Source: Burkholderiales bacterium (GTDB lineage Bacteria > Pseudomonadota > Gammaproteobacteria > Burkholderiales > SG8-39). From it: 64,000 bases of DNA. Both the position numbers and the translations under genes were made by a program. The notes below the pieces were generated by a model. It did not search any database and was not told the DNA's origin. It saw nothing but the letters and a program-made list of their open reading frames with translations. The stretch's first letter is position 1; every line of letters begins with the position of its first letter. Shown one piece after another: positions 29,373-39,712 of the stretch. The stretch covers positions 7,774 to 71,773 of the forward strand of contig DATNCP010000075.1 of assembly GCA_035607175.1 (NCBI GenBank), given 5' to 3'.

Positions 29373-30484
29373 GCCGTCGCCAGAGCCTTCCTCACCTCCG
29401 CGACCGCGCGCATGGTCAGGCCGACGCGCGCCGCGTCCATCGGCTGGTCCTGCGAGGAGACCTTCGCGATGACGAGCTCGTTGGCGCGGTCGACGAACAG
29501 GTTCTGCCCGTGGATGCCCATGCCGAAGAGGAGCGGTTGCGCTCCGCGCAACGTGTACCACTGGCCGCGGTAGTGCATCGGCAGGCCGGGATAGTACGGA
29601 ACGAAGCTCCCCGCATCCCACGCCTTCGGGTCGCCGCCCCGCTCCAGGTCGTCGATCCAGGCGCCGCCGGAGCGGCAGATCCACAGGCCGACCCGCGCAA
29701 GATCGCGCACCGTGACGTTGCAGCCGCCCGCGCAGCGGGGTGCGCCGAGGCGATCGACCGTTATGTACGCGCTGCGCTCGGCGCCGATCGGCTTCCAGAC
29801 GAGCTCGCTCGCCAGGTCGGCGAAGCGCCGGCCGGCGGCGCGCTCGATCACCCAGCCGAGCAGGTCGGTATTCGGGGAGATGTAGTGGAAGCGGCCCCAA
29901 TGCGAGCCATCGGCCTGTTTCAGGGCCTTGTAGAAGGATCGGAGGTCGCCCGGCGGATCGTTCGGCGGGTTCCACCCCGTCGCCTTCCGATACTCGATGA
30001 TCGGCCCCGAAGTGGCGAGGTAGTCCTCGTTGAAGGCGACGCCGGCGCGCATGTCGAGCAGGTGACGAATGGTCGCGCCCTCGTAGGCGGTGTCTTTCAG
30101 CTCGGGCACGAGCGACGTGACCTGGCGCTCGACATCGAGCTTCATTGCGCCCGCGACCAGGCCGAGCAGCGATTTCGACACCGACATCAGGATGTGCGGC
30201 GTCTCGGCGCTCATGCCGTTGAAGTAGCGCTCGAACACCAGCTTGCCGCGGTGCAGGGCGACGATGCCGTCGGTGTCGGTATCGGCGAGAAAGCGCTCGT
30301 CGAACAGTTTCGCAGGCGCCGGGGGCAGCGGCGTTACGCGCGCCGGATCGTTGGCGATCTCGGCGGTCGGGATCAGCTCGCGGACATGGTGGAAGGCCCA
30401 GCGGTGGTACGGCGGCGTGCGCCAGTTCGCGAGCGTGACCTGGGCGTCGCGCGACGGCGGGAATGCGTCCATCAGGCGAGTCAT
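29369..30484 (-). CDS. Beta-lactamase-fold serine hydrolase, NylB-like (6-aminohexanoate-dimer hydrolase family)
   Basis: 'SVSK' SxxK nucleophile motif. '[18 protein letters not shown]', '[17 protein letters not shown]', '[17 protein letters not shown]', '[10 protein letters not shown]' and '[12 protein letters not shown]' parallel the Arthrobacter NylB sequence as I remember it. Confidence 0.8.
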   Translation of the reverse strand: MTRLMDAFPPSRDAQVTLANWRTPPYHRWAFHHVRELIPTAEIANDPARVTPLPPAPAKLFDERFLADTDTDGIVALHRGKLVFERYFNGMSAETPHILMSVSKSLLGLVAGAMKLDVERQVTSLVPELKDTAYEGATIRHLLDMRAGVAFNEDYLATSGPIIEYRKATGWNPPNDPPGDLRSFYKALKQADGSHWGRFHYISPNTDLLGWVIERAAGRRFADLASELVWKPIGAERSAYITVDRLGAPRCAGGCNVTVRDLARVGLWICRSGGAWIDDLERGGDPKAWDAGSFVPYYPGLPMHYRGQWYTLRGAQPLLFGMGIHGQNLFVDRANELVIAKVSSQDQPMDAARVGLTMRAVAEVRKALATA

Positions 30485-30501
30485 TAGAATCGAATGCTAT
30501 C

Positions 30502-31683
30502 GTGAATAACAAAGACACTTCGCTCCGGCTGACGATCCTGCTCGGCGTGCTGACCGCGTTGCCCGCGCTCGGCACCGATCTCTACCTGCCGGCGCTGCCC
30601 GACATCGCGCAATCGTTCGCAGTGCCGGTGAGCGCCGCCCAGCTGACGCTCACCACCTACTTCATCGGCCTCGCCGCGGGCCAGTTCGTCTGGGGCCCGC
30701 TTTCCGACCGCTTCGGACGCAAGCCGGTGCTGCTCGTGGGGCTCGCGATGGTGCTCGCCTCCTCCGTCGTCGGCGCCTTCGTCGAATCGATCGGCGCGCT
30801 GTCCGCGGTGCGCCTCGCCCAGGGGCTCGCCATGGCGAGCGGCGCGCTCATCGGCCGCGCCATCGTGCGCGACCTGCACGCGCACGAGCAGGCGGCGCGG
30901 CTCCTCGCGCGCATGTCGATCGTATTCAGCGTCGTGCCGATCGCCGCGCCGCTCGCCGGCGCGCTGCTCACCACGGCCGGCGGCTGGCCGATGGTCTTCG
31001 CCGCCATGGCGGCGGTGGCCGCATTGCTGGCGGTCGCGCTGACGCGCATGCGCGAGACCGCTCCACCGGAGCGGCGCTCGGTCCATCCCGGCGCGATTGC
31101 GCGGACGTTCGGCACGATCATCGCCGACCGGCGCTTCCTCGCTCCCTTCTCCCTCATCCTGTGCGCGCAGATCGGCGTGCTCGCCTGGGTTTCGAGCTCG
31201 GCATTCACCCTGATCCGCGGCCTGGGCGTCTCGGCGACGGCGTTCAGCCTGATGTTCGCCCTGGTGATGCTCGGCCAGATCGGCGGAGCCTGGTGCTCGA
31301 GCCGCCTGGTGCTGCGCCTCGGCATCCGGCGACTGCTGAGCGTCGGCGCGACGCTGATGTTCGGCGCAGGCGCCGGTGGCACGCTGCTCGCCTGGCTCGG
31401 GTTCGGCCACTGGCTGGCGGTGGTGCTGCCGTTCATGCTGTTTCTTTTCGGTACCGCGATGATCATGCCGAACGCGATCGCCGCGGCGCTGACGCCGTTC
31501 CCGCAGTCGGCCGGGTCGGCCACTTCGCTCATCGGCGCGATCGGCTTCGGCTCCGGCGCCTTGATCAGCACCGCGCTCGGCCTCCTCTTCGACGGCACGG
31601 CGCGCCCGATGGCCACCACCGCGGGTCTCGCGGGCGTCGGCGCATTCGTCACCCACCGGCTGCTCCTCCATGGAAAGCGTTGA
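30502..31683 (+). CDS. MFS transporter, Bcr/CflA drug-resistance subfamily
   Basis: 12-TM profile. '[17 protein letters not shown]' and '[14 protein letters not shown]' are Bcr/CflA signatures. GTG at 30502 preferred because 30463 overlaps the divergent hydrolase start. Confidence 0.8.
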   Translation: MNNKDTSLRLTILLGVLTALPALGTDLYLPALPDIAQSFAVPVSAAQLTLTTYFIGLAAGQFVWGPLSDRFGRKPVLLVGLAMVLASSVVGAFVESIGALSAVRLAQGLAMASGALIGRAIVRDLHAHEQAARLLARMSIVFSVVPIAAPLAGALLTTAGGWPMVFAAMAAVAALLAVALTRMRETAPPERRSVHPGAIARTFGTIIADRRFLAPFSLILCAQIGVLAWVSSSAFTLIRGLGVSATAFSLMFALVMLGQIGGAWCSSRLVLRLGIRRLLSVGATLMFGAGAGGTLLAWLGFGHWLAVVLPFMLFLFGTAMIMPNAIAAALTPFPQSAGSATSLIGAIGFGSGALISTALGLLFDGTARPMATTAGLAGVGAFVTHRLLLHGKR

Positions 31684-32761
31684 CGCGGTCGTGATCGGCG
31701 CGGGCGTGGTCGGGCTCGCGGTCGCGCGCGCGCTCGCCCTGGCGGGGCGCGAGGTCATCATTCTCGAGGGCGAAGACGCCATCGGCACGCACACCAGCTC
31801 GCGCAATTCCGAGGTGATCCACGCCGGCATCTACTACCCGAAGGGCTCGCTGAAGGCGCGCAGCTGCGTGGCCGGCAAGGAGCTCCTCTACGAATACTGC
31901 GTGAGTCACGGCGTGCCGCACCGCCGCTGCGGCAAGCTGATCGTCGCCACCGACGAGAAGCAGATCGAGGAGCTGCACGGCATCCAGAAGAAGGCACATG
32001 CCAACGGCGTCACCGACGTCGTCTGGATGAGCCGCGCGCAGGCCCTCGCGCTCGAGCCCGAGCTGCACTGCGTCGCCGCGCTCTATTCGCCGTCGACCGG
32101 CATCATCGACAGCCATGCGCTGATGCTGGCGTACCTCGGCGACGCCGAAGCCAGGGGCGCGATGCTCGCGCTGAAGAGTCCGTTGATGGGCGCGGAGGCC
32201 GTTGCGGACGGCTTCGTCCTGCACGTCGGCGACGAGACGGTGCAGGCGAAAACGCTCGTCAACAGCGCGGGCTTGCGTGCGCCGAGTGTCGCCAGGCTCG
32301 TCGAGGGCTATCCCGTCGACAAGGCACCCGGCGAGTTCTACGCAAAGGGCAACTACTACTCGCTGAATCGCAAGAACCCTTTCTCGCGCCTCGTCTACCC
32401 GGTGCCCGAGCCCGGCGGCCTGGGCGTGCATGTCACGCTCGACCTCGGCGGGCAGGCGCGCTTCGGTCCCGACGTCGAATGGGTCGATCGCATCGGCTAT
32501 GACGTCGACCCGCGCCGCGCCGACCGCTTCTACGCGGCGATCCGCCGCTACTGGCCGGGGCTGCCCGACGCTTCGCTCTCGCCGGGATACGCCGGCATCC
32601 GGCCGAAGACCGCGGGTGCGAAGGATCCGGCGCCCGATTTCGAGATCCAGGGGCCGCGCAAGCATGGCGTGCCCGGCCTGGTGCATCTGTTCGGCATCGA
32701 GTCGCCGGGACTCACCTCGTCGCTCGCGCTGGCCGCCATGGTGCTGGAGGAAGTAGGCTAA
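31670..32761 (+). CDS. FAD-dependent oxidoreductase (DAO/LhgO-like)
   Basis: '[19 protein letters not shown]' dinucleotide fold, '[14 protein letters not shown]' and C-terminal '[12 protein letters not shown]'. Confidence 0.8.
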   Translation: MESVDAVVIGAGVVGLAVARALALAGREVIILEGEDAIGTHTSSRNSEVIHAGIYYPKGSLKARSCVAGKELLYEYCVSHGVPHRRCGKLIVATDEKQIEELHGIQKKAHANGVTDVVWMSRAQALALEPELHCVAALYSPSTGIIDSHALMLAYLGDAEARGAMLALKSPLMGAEAVADGFVLHVGDETVQAKTLVNSAGLRAPSVARLVEGYPVDKAPGEFYAKGNYYSLNRKNPFSRLVYPVPEPGGLGVHVTLDLGGQARFGPDVEWVDRIGYDVDPRRADRFYAAIRRYWPGLPDASLSPGYAGIRPKTAGAKDPAPDFEIQGPRKHGVPGLVHLFGIESPGLTSSLALAAMVLEEVG

Positions 32762-32792
32762 GATTGCCCGTCAAATCGGGGAGATCCATCCA

Positions 32793-33755
32793 GTGAAAAG
32801 AATTTTCGTTGCAGCCGCGGCGCTGACCGCCTTCTCCGCGCACGCGCAGACCAAATGGGACATGCCGACGCCTTACTCCGACGGCGAGTTCCACACCCGC
32901 AACGTCAAGTCGTTCGCGGAGGACGTGAAGAAAAACACCGGCGGCGCGCTCGACATCACGGTGCACGCCAACGGCTCGCTCATCAAGCATCCCGACATCC
33001 TGCGCGCGGTATCGACCGGGCAGGTCAACGTCGCCGAGTTCCTGCTCGGCCAGTTCGGCAACGAGGACCCGGTGTTCGCGGCCGACAACGTGCCTTTCGT
33101 CGCCCCCGGCTACGACAACGCCTTCAAGTTTTACCAGGCGCAGAAGCCGGTGCTGGAGAAGAAGCTCGACGGCCGCGGCATGAAGCTGCTCTATGCCGTC
33201 GCCTGGCCCGGCCAGGGGATCTACACCAAGGATCCGGTGAAAAGCGCCGGCGACTTCAAGGGCCTGAAGATGCGCACCTACAGCCCCCTCACCTCGCGCC
33301 TCGCCGAGCTGCTCGGCATGGCGCCGGTGCAGGCGCAGGTGCCCGATATTCCCCAGCTGTTCGCCACCGGCGCGATGCAGACCATGGTCACTTCCTCGGC
33401 CACCGGCACGGCGAGCAAGGCGTGGGAGTTCGTCAAGAACTACTACAAGACGAACGCCTGGAATCCGAAGAACGTGGTGGTCGTGAACCAGCGGGCGTTC
33501 GCGCGCCTGCCCAAGAACCAGCAGGATGGCCTGCTCAAGGCCGCGGCCGCCGCCGAGCCGCGCGGCTGGGAGATGTCGAAGCAGCGGGAGAAGGACGCCG
33601 ACGAGCTGCTGGCGAAGAATGGCGTCACCGTTGCAGAGCCCTCCGCCGAGCTGAAAGGCGCCCTCGCGAAGATCGGCGAGCAGATGGCCGCCGAGTGGGA
33701 GAAATCGGCCGGCGCGGAAGGGCAGGAAATCCTGAAGCGCTATCGCGGCAAGTAG
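32793..33755 (+). CDS. TRAP transporter substrate-binding protein (DctP family)
   Basis: Signal peptide 'AAALTAFSAHA'. DctP-like length and pattern. Followed by the Q and M subunits. GTG start with 'ggggag' upstream. Confidence 0.85.
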   Translation: MKRIFVAAAALTAFSAHAQTKWDMPTPYSDGEFHTRNVKSFAEDVKKNTGGALDITVHANGSLIKHPDILRAVSTGQVNVAEFLLGQFGNEDPVFAADNVPFVAPGYDNAFKFYQAQKPVLEKKLDGRGMKLLYAVAWPGQGIYTKDPVKSAGDFKGLKMRTYSPLTSRLAELLGMAPVQAQVPDIPQLFATGAMQTMVTSSATGTASKAWEFVKNYYKTNAWNPKNVVVVNQRAFARLPKNQQDGLLKAAAAAEPRGWEMSKQREKDADELLAKNGVTVAEPSAELKGALAKIGEQMAAEWEKSAGAEGQEILKRYRGK

Positions 33756-33756
33756 G

Positions 33757-34290
33757 TTGCGGCGGTTCCTCGACCGCCTCTATGCCGGGAGCGGCGTCCT
33801 CGCCGCTCTTTGCGTTCTTGCGATCTTCGCGCTGATGCTGGCGCAGGCGTTCGGCCGCGAGCTCGGCATCCTGGTGCGCGGCGCCGACGACATCGTCGCC
33901 TGGCTGTGCGCCGCCGCTTCCTTCCTCGCGCTCGGCCACACCTTCCGCCATGGCGAGCTGGTGCGCGTCGGGCTCTGGCTCGACCACCTCGGCCCCGGCG
34001 GGCGCCGCGTCATGGAGCTTTTCGCGCTCGGGATCACCGCCGCGTTCGTCGCCTACATGCTCTGGGCGGTGACGGGCTTCATCTACGAGAGCTGGAAGTT
34101 CAAGGAAGTCGCGCAGGGCCTGATCAAGGTGCCGATCTGGATCCCGCAGCTGACTTTCCTCGCCGGCGTGGCGATCTTCTTCGTCGCCGTGCTGGATGAG
34201 CTCGTGCTGGTGATCAGGAAGCAGAAACCCGCATACCAGGTCGCGGAAGAAGAGCGCCGCGCCTCGGGCGATTTCTCGGAATCGGTATGA
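33757..34290 (+). CDS. TRAP transporter small permease (DctQ family)
   Basis: 177 aa with 4 TM segments. TTG start 1 nt after the DctP stop. ATGA overlap with DctM. Confidence 0.8.
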   Translation: MRRFLDRLYAGSGVLAALCVLAIFALMLAQAFGRELGILVRGADDIVAWLCAAASFLALGHTFRHGELVRVGLWLDHLGPGGRRVMELFALGITAAFVAYMLWAVTGFIYESWKFKEVAQGLIKVPIWIPQLTFLAGVAIFFVAVLDELVLVIRKQKPAYQVAEEERRASGDFSESV

Positions 34291-35600
34291 CGCCGCTGGC
34301 GGCGGGCCTCGTCCTCTTCGCCCTGCTGCTGGTGCTCCTGACCGGCGGTGTCTGGATCGCGATCGCGCTCGGCACCGTGGCTTGGTTCGGCCTGCAGTTT
34401 TTCACCACCACGCCGCCCGACGTGAACCTCTTTCAGTCGTTCTGGGGCTCGAGCGCCTCGTGGACGCTCGCCGCGCTGCCGATGTTCATCTGGATGGGCG
34501 AGATCCTCTACCGCACCAAGCTCTCCGAGGAGATGTTCGAGGGCCTCGCACCCTGGCTCGGCTGGCTGCCCGGGCGGCTGATGCACGTCAACATCCTCGG
34601 CTGCGCGATCTTCGGCACCGTTTCCGGCTCGTCGGCCGCGACCTGCGCCACCATCGCCAAGGTGGCGCTGCCCGAGCTCAAGCGCCGCGGCTACGACGAG
34701 AAGACCTGCCTCGGCTCGCTGGCGGCGGCCGGCACGCTCGGCATCCTGCTGCCGCCCTCGATCATCATGGTGGTCTACGCGGTCGCCGCCGAGGTTTCGA
34801 TCATCAAGGTGTTCCTCGCCGGCTTCATTCCCGGTTTCGTGCTCACCGCGCTCTTCTCCGGCTACATCGTCGTCTGGGCGCTGCTCAATCCCGCGAAGAC
34901 GCCGCCCGACGAAGCCAAGACCACCTTCGCGCAGAAGCTCTACAAGACCCGGCTGCTCGTCCCCTGCATGGCCCTCATCGTCTTCGTGGTGTGGGTGATG
35001 GTGATCGGCTGGGCCACCGCGACAGAGGCCGCAGCCTACGGCGTGCTCGGCGCGCTCGCCATCGCCTGGTGGTCCGGCGGCCTCAGCCGGCAGGCCTTCT
35101 GGCAGAGCCTGATGGGAGCGACGCGGCTCTCGTGCATGATCATGTTCATCCTTGCCGGCGCAAGCTTCCTCTCCTCGTGCATGGCGTTTACCGGCATCCC
35201 GCGCGCGCTCGCCGAGTGGGTGCATTCACTGGCGCCGCACAAGTACACGCTGATCGCGATCCTCGCGGGCATCTACATCCTGCTCGGCACCGCGCTCGAT
35301 GGCGTGTCGATGATCGTGCTCACCACTTCGATCGTCATCCCGATGGTGGAGAAGGCCGGCTTCGATCTCGTCTGGTTCGGCATCTTCATCGTCCTCTTGG
35401 TCGAGATCGCCGAGCTGACGCCGCCGCTCGGCTTCAATATCTTCGTGCTTCAGACCATGACCGGGCGCGACAGCAACTACGTCGCCCTGGCGTCCCTGCC
35501 CTTCTTCTTCATGATGGTGCTGTGCATCGCCCTCATCACCGTCTTCCCCGAGCTCGCCACCTGGCTGCCCGACTGGCTGATCGGCGTCGCCAAGAAGTAG
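34287..35600 (+). CDS. TRAP transporter large permease (DctM family)
   Basis: 437 aa, polytopic. 'GVSMIVLTTSIVIPM' and similar DctM-type segments. Confidence 0.9.
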   Translation: MTPLAAGLVLFALLLVLLTGGVWIAIALGTVAWFGLQFFTTTPPDVNLFQSFWGSSASWTLAALPMFIWMGEILYRTKLSEEMFEGLAPWLGWLPGRLMHVNILGCAIFGTVSGSSAATCATIAKVALPELKRRGYDEKTCLGSLAAAGTLGILLPPSIIMVVYAVAAEVSIIKVFLAGFIPGFVLTALFSGYIVVWALLNPAKTPPDEAKTTFAQKLYKTRLLVPCMALIVFVVWVMVIGWATATEAAAYGVLGALAIAWWSGGLSRQAFWQSLMGATRLSCMIMFILAGASFLSSCMAFTGIPRALAEWVHSLAPHKYTLIAILAGIYILLGTALDGVSMIVLTTSIVIPMVEKAGFDLVWFGIFIVLLVEIAELTPPLGFNIFVLQTMTGRDSNYVALASLPFFFMMVLCIALITVFPELATWLPDWLIGVAKK

Positions 35601-35609
35601 AGTAGGCGG

Positions 35610-36998
35610 ATGCGCGGACCGATCTACAGCACCGCCGATATCCGCCGCATCGAGCAGGCGGCGGGCGACGCGCCCCTCATGCAGCGCGCGGGAGCCGCGG
35701 CCGCGGACCTTGCGGCCAGGCTCGTCACAGGCAAGGACGTGCTGGTGCTCGCCGGGCCAGGAAACAACGGCGGCGATGCGGCCATTGCCGCCGAGACTCT
35801 CCGGCAGAAGTTCTTTCGGGTGCTGACGGTGAAGCGTCCGGAGGAATTGACCGACAGGAACTGGGGCCTCGTCGTCGACGGCCTGTTCGGCATCGGCCTG
35901 GCGCGCCCGATCGAGGGCGACTACGCGAAGCTGGTTGAGTACGCCAACCGGCAGTCCTGCCCGGTGCTCTCGCTCGATGTACCGAGCGGCATCCAGTCCG
36001 ACAGCGGCCGCGTGCTCGGTTGCGCGGTGCGCGCCAGCCACACGATCAGCTTCATCGCCCTCAAGCCCGGCCTGCTGACGCTCGACGGACCGGACTACTG
36101 CGGCGAGCTGAGCGTTGCCGGCCTTGGCCTCGATCTGCAGCAGCTGCTGCCGCCATCGGCGTGGGTCGCCGAACCCGCGCTGTTCAAGGGGATGCTGCAG
36201 CACCGGCCGAGGAATTTCCACAAGGGCATGGCCGGGTCGCTCGCCGTCGTCGGCGGCGCTGGCGGCATGACCGGTGCGGCGCTGCTCGCCGGGCGCGCGG
36301 CGCTGAGGCTCGGCGCCGGGCGCGTCTACGTCGGATTGCTCGAGGAAAGCGCGCCCGCGGTCGACCTGCTCGCGCCCGAGCTCATGCTGCGCCATCCCGA
36401 CGATGTGTTCGGCGAGGACCTCGACGCGATGGTCGTCGGGCCGGGCCTGGGCCGCGGCGAGCGCGCCGAAACGCTGGTCGGCGCGGCGCTGGCGAGCGAC
36501 ATCCCGTGCATCCTCGACGCGGACGCGCTGAATCTGATCGCCGAGAACACCGACCTGCGCAAGGCCTGCGCGCACCGCAGCGCAGAAACGCTGCTCACGC
36601 CGCACCCGGCGGAAGCCGCGCGCCTGCTCGGCTCGAGCGTGGCGGCGGTGCAGGAGGACCGGGTCAAGGCGGCGCGCATGCTCGCCGAAAACCTCAACGC
36701 GCACACGGTGCTGAAGGGAAACGGCAGCATCATCGTCGCGCGCGACGGCCACTGGTTCATCAATGCCTCCGGCAATCCCGGCATGGCGAGCGCCGGCATG
36801 GGCGACGTGCTCGCCGGGATGCTCGGCGCCCTGCTGGCGCAGCGCTACTCCGGCGAGACAGCGCTGACGCTGGGCGTGCACCTGCATGGCGTCGCGGCCG
36901 ACACTCTCGCCAGGGAAGGCAACGGACCCGTCGGCCTCACCGCCGGGGAGCTGATCGATGCGTCGAGAAGGATATGGAATTCATGGTTGAACGCCTGA
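35610..36998 (+). CDS. nnr: Bifunctional NAD(P)H-hydrate repair enzyme (epimerase / ADP-dependent dehydratase)
   Basis: YjeF-N 'LAGPGNNGGDA' and YjeF-C 'GNPGMASAGMGDVLAG'. Confidence 0.85.
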   Translation: MRGPIYSTADIRRIEQAAGDAPLMQRAGAAAADLAARLVTGKDVLVLAGPGNNGGDAAIAAETLRQKFFRVLTVKRPEELTDRNWGLVVDGLFGIGLARPIEGDYAKLVEYANRQSCPVLSLDVPSGIQSDSGRVLGCAVRASHTISFIALKPGLLTLDGPDYCGELSVAGLGLDLQQLLPPSAWVAEPALFKGMLQHRPRNFHKGMAGSLAVVGGAGGMTGAALLAGRAALRLGAGRVYVGLLEESAPAVDLLAPELMLRHPDDVFGEDLDAMVVGPGLGRGERAETLVGAALASDIPCILDADALNLIAENTDLRKACAHRSAETLLTPHPAEAARLLGSSVAAVQEDRVKAARMLAENLNAHTVLKGNGSIIVARDGHWFINASGNPGMASAGMGDVLAGMLGALLAQRYSGETALTLGVHLHGVAADTLAREGNGPVGLTAGELIDASRRIWNSWLNA

Positions 36999-37720
36999 TC
37001 ACGGAACTCGTCATCGCCAACAGGATCCTCGCGCGGGAGGACGTAGTGGACGCCTATGGCCACGTCAGCGTGCGCAACCCGGACAACCCGGAGCGGTTTT
37101 TCCTCTCGCACTCGCTCGCACCGGCCTTCGTCGAGCGTTCCGACATCCTCGAGTTCGATCTCGAGGGCAAGCCGGTCGGCAGCGACCGGCGCACGCCGTA
37201 CCTCGAGCGCTTCATCCACGGCGCGATCTACGAGGCCCGGCCCGATGTGCTCGCCGTGGTCCACGCGCACGCCGAGGACACCCTGCCCTTCGGCATCGCG
37301 CCGCCGAAACTGCGGCCGGTGATCCACTCCGGCGCCTTCATCGGCGCCGAGGTGCCGGTGTGGGACATCGCCAGGCGCTTCGGCGACAAGACCAACCTGC
37401 TCGTCACCAACGTTGCGCAGGGCCGCGACCTCGCGAAGACGCTCGGCAAGAACAGCGTCGCACTGATGCGCGGCCACGGCTTCGCCGCCGCGGCGACCTC
37501 GCTGATCGACGTCGTCCGGATGTCGGTCTACCTGCCGAGAAACGCTCGCGTGCAGTTCCGGGCCTTGCAGCTCGGCAAGATCAAGTCGCTCTCCAAGGGC
37601 GAGATCCAGGCACGCACCGGCGGCAGCGGCTACAAGCCGAATTCACCGGAAACGCAGCGCGCCTGGCAGTACTGGGCAACGCGCGCCGGCTGCGCCGAAC
37701 TGCTGAAGCAGCTCTCCTAG
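36974..37720 (+). CDS. Class II aldolase/adducin-family protein
   Basis: ATG at 36974 with 'gagaagga' upstream. 'DAYGHVSVR', 'VVHAHAEDTLPF' and 'LMRGHGF' are metal-ligand His motifs. It overlaps the nnr 3' end by 25 nt. Confidence 0.8.
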   Translation: MEFMVERLITELVIANRILAREDVVDAYGHVSVRNPDNPERFFLSHSLAPAFVERSDILEFDLEGKPVGSDRRTPYLERFIHGAIYEARPDVLAVVHAHAEDTLPFGIAPPKLRPVIHSGAFIGAEVPVWDIARRFGDKTNLLVTNVAQGRDLAKTLGKNSVALMRGHGFAAAATSLIDVVRMSVYLPRNARVQFRALQLGKIKSLSKGEIQARTGGSGYKPNSPETQRAWQYWATRAGCAELLKQLS

Positions 37721-37721
37721 C

Positions 37722-38798
37722 TCAGACCTGCTCCTGCAGGAACTGCAGCACCAGAACCTCGTCGCGGCGCAGCGCGCCGCCGGCGCGGCGACGGCCCTTA
37801 CGCGGCGCTGGCGGCTGCGGCACGGTCCGGCCCATGAGGTAGGCCGCTAGCAATGCAGGGTGGACGTAGTACTTGCGGCACACCGCGCGGGTATTGCCCA
37901 GGCGCTCGGCGACCGCGTCGACGGCGGAGATGATGTTGCGATCCGCTTCGCGCCGGCTGGCCGCGGATCCGAGCCGGCGCAGCTCGACCGCGGCGAGCAT
38001 CGTCCCGCCCCAGGTGCGGAAATCTTTGGCCGTGATGTCGCGTCCGGTGAGCTCGCGCAGGTAGTCGTTGACGTCGTCCGAGGAGACCGACTGCCGCCGG
38101 CGCTTGCCGACGAGGTACTGGAACATCTCCTCGCCCGGCAGGTCGCGGCAGCGCTGCACGATGCGCGCGAGGCGAGGATCCTGCAGCGAAATGGTGTGCT
38201 CGACGCCGCTCTTCCCGCGAAAGCTGAAGCGCAGCGTCGCGCCGTCGACGCTGACGTGCCGCCGCCGCAGCGTCGTCAGGCCGTACGAGCGGTTCTCTTT
38301 CACGTACTCGTCGTTGCCGACCCGGATCAGGGTCCTGTCGAGCAGGCGTACCACCGTGGCAAGAAGCTGGCGGCGGCTGAGATCCGGCGCTCTCAGGTCG
38401 CGCTCGATGCGCTCGCGCAGCTGCGGCAGCACTTCGCTGAAGGCCAGCATGCGGGTGAACTTGGAGCGGTCGCGTGCCTCGCGGTACTGCGGGTGGTACC
38501 GGTACTGCTTGCGCCCGCGCGCGTCGCGCGCTGTCGCCTGGATATGGCCGTCGGGATCGGGGCAGATCCAGACGTCGGTCCACGCCGGCGGGATTGCGAG
38601 GGTGTTCAGGCGCTTGCGAATCGCCGCATCGCGGATGCGCGCGCCGTTCGGCAGGAAATAGGTCCAGCCGCTCCCGACCCTGCGGCGCGTGATGCCATTG
38701 GCGCCGTCGCTGACGTAGCGCAGGCCGGCGCGGCTTGCCGCCGTCCGGTGCTCGCTCAGTCGGCGCTTATGCCGGCGCTGCGGATCAGCCGCGTCCAT
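37722..38798 (-). CDS. Type IB DNA topoisomerase (poxvirus-like bacterial TopIB)
   Basis: 'GLRYVSD..NGITRRR.GSGWTYF', 'IPPAWTDVWI', 'GRKQYRYH', 'LRFSFRGKSG' and 'ITAKDFRTWGGT'. The catalytic-Tyr region is 'CRKYYVHP'. The ATG at 38798 overlaps the Bug gene by 43 nt, so the start is not certain. Confidence 0.85.
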   Translation of the reverse strand: MDAADPQRRHKRRLSEHRTAASRAGLRYVSDGANGITRRRVGSGWTYFLPNGARIRDAAIRKRLNTLAIPPAWTDVWICPDPDGHIQATARDARGRKQYRYHPQYREARDRSKFTRMLAFSEVLPQLRERIERDLRAPDLSRRQLLATVVRLLDRTLIRVGNDEYVKENRSYGLTTLRRRHVSVDGATLRFSFRGKSGVEHTISLQDPRLARIVQRCRDLPGEEMFQYLVGKRRRQSVSSDDVNDYLRELTGRDITAKDFRTWGGTMLAAVELRRLGSAASRREADRNIISAVDAVAERLGNTRAVCRKYYVHPALLAAYLMGRTVPQPPAPRKGRRRAGGALRRDEVLVLQFLQEQV

Positions 38799-39712
38799 TT
38801 GTCGAGATCGCTTGCGAGCAGGGCTTCAGCCTCCGGACCCGAGATGCGCAGGGGGCGTACGCCCCTCTTCTCCAGCGCCGCGGCCATTTCGGGCAATGCG
38901 ACCATCTTCGCGAACGCCTCGCGCAGCCGGGCGAGCACCGGCGCGGGCGTGCCTGAGCGCACGAAGTAACCGGCCCAGGTTTCCCACTCGAAATCGAGCA
39001 CGCCGGTCTCGCGCACCGTCGGCACCGCCGCGTGATACGGCAGCCGCGCCGCGGGCGAGACGGCAATCGGCCGCACTCGCCCGGACTCGACCTGCCCTCG
39101 CGCGGTCGAGGAAGCGTCGAAGAAGAGGTCGACGCGTCCCGGGATGAGGTCCTGGTAGACCGCCTGCGCGCCCTTGTAGGGGACGTGGGTGATGGAGACG
39201 CCGGCGAGGTGCCAGAGCAGCGCCGCCGCCATGTGCTGTCCGGTGCCGTTGCCGGCGGAGGCATAGGTCAGCTTGCCGGGATTGGCGCGCGCAAACTCGA
39301 CGATCTCCTTGAGCGAAGCCTGCGGCAGATCGTTGCGCGCCACCAGGGTGTAGGCGAACCCCGCGGCGAGGCCGAGCGGCGCAAAATCCTTCCTCGGGTC
39401 GTAAGGCAGGTTGCGATACAGGCCTGCCGAGAACACCAGGTTCGCCGAAGCGCCGAGCAGCAGAGTGTGGCCGTCGGGCTCGGCCTTGGCGACGGCGTCG
39501 GTGCCGATGACCGTGCCACCACCCGGCCGGTTCTCGACGATCACCGATTGCCCGAGCTGGGCGGCGAGCCCTTCGGCGAGCACGCGGGCGACGAGGTCGA
39601 AGCCGCCGCCCGGCGGCTGCGGCACGATGACGCGTAGCGTACGGCTCGGAAAGGTCTGCGCCTGCGCGCAGCCCACCGCGAGAGCAAGCGCCAGCGCGGC
39701 GACTATTCGCAT
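38756..39712 (-). CDS. Tripartite tricarboxylate transporter substrate-binding protein (Bug/TctC family)
   Basis: ATG at 39712. Signal peptide 'MRIVAALALALAVGCAQA'. 'VENRPGGGTVIGTDAVAKA.PDGHTLL', 'YASAGNGT.QH' and 'HVPYKG'. Confidence 0.85.
   Translation of the reverse strand: MRIVAALALALAVGCAQAQTFPSRTLRVIVPQPPGGGFDLVARVLAEGLAAQLGQSVIVENRPGGGTVIGTDAVAKAEPDGHTLLLGASANLVFSAGLYRNLPYDPRKDFAPLGLAAGFAYTLVARNDLPQASLKEIVEFARANPGKLTYASAGNGTGQHMAAALLWHLAGVSITHVPYKGAQAVYQDLIPGRVDLFFDASSTARGQVESGRVRPIAVSPAARLPYHAAVPTVRETGVLDFEWETWAGYFVRSGTPAPVLARLREAFAKMVALPEMAAALEKRGVRPLRISGPEAEALLASDLDKWTRLIRSAGISAD

Noticed and set aside
25827-30575. 1582-aa reading frame apparently fusing the oxoprolinase-type gene with upstream sequence
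   Set aside because: Upstream of the ATG at 29372 the frame overlaps the well-supported NylB-like hydrolase in another frame and encodes junk-like sequence. The family N-terminus '[16 protein letters not shown]' marks the real start.
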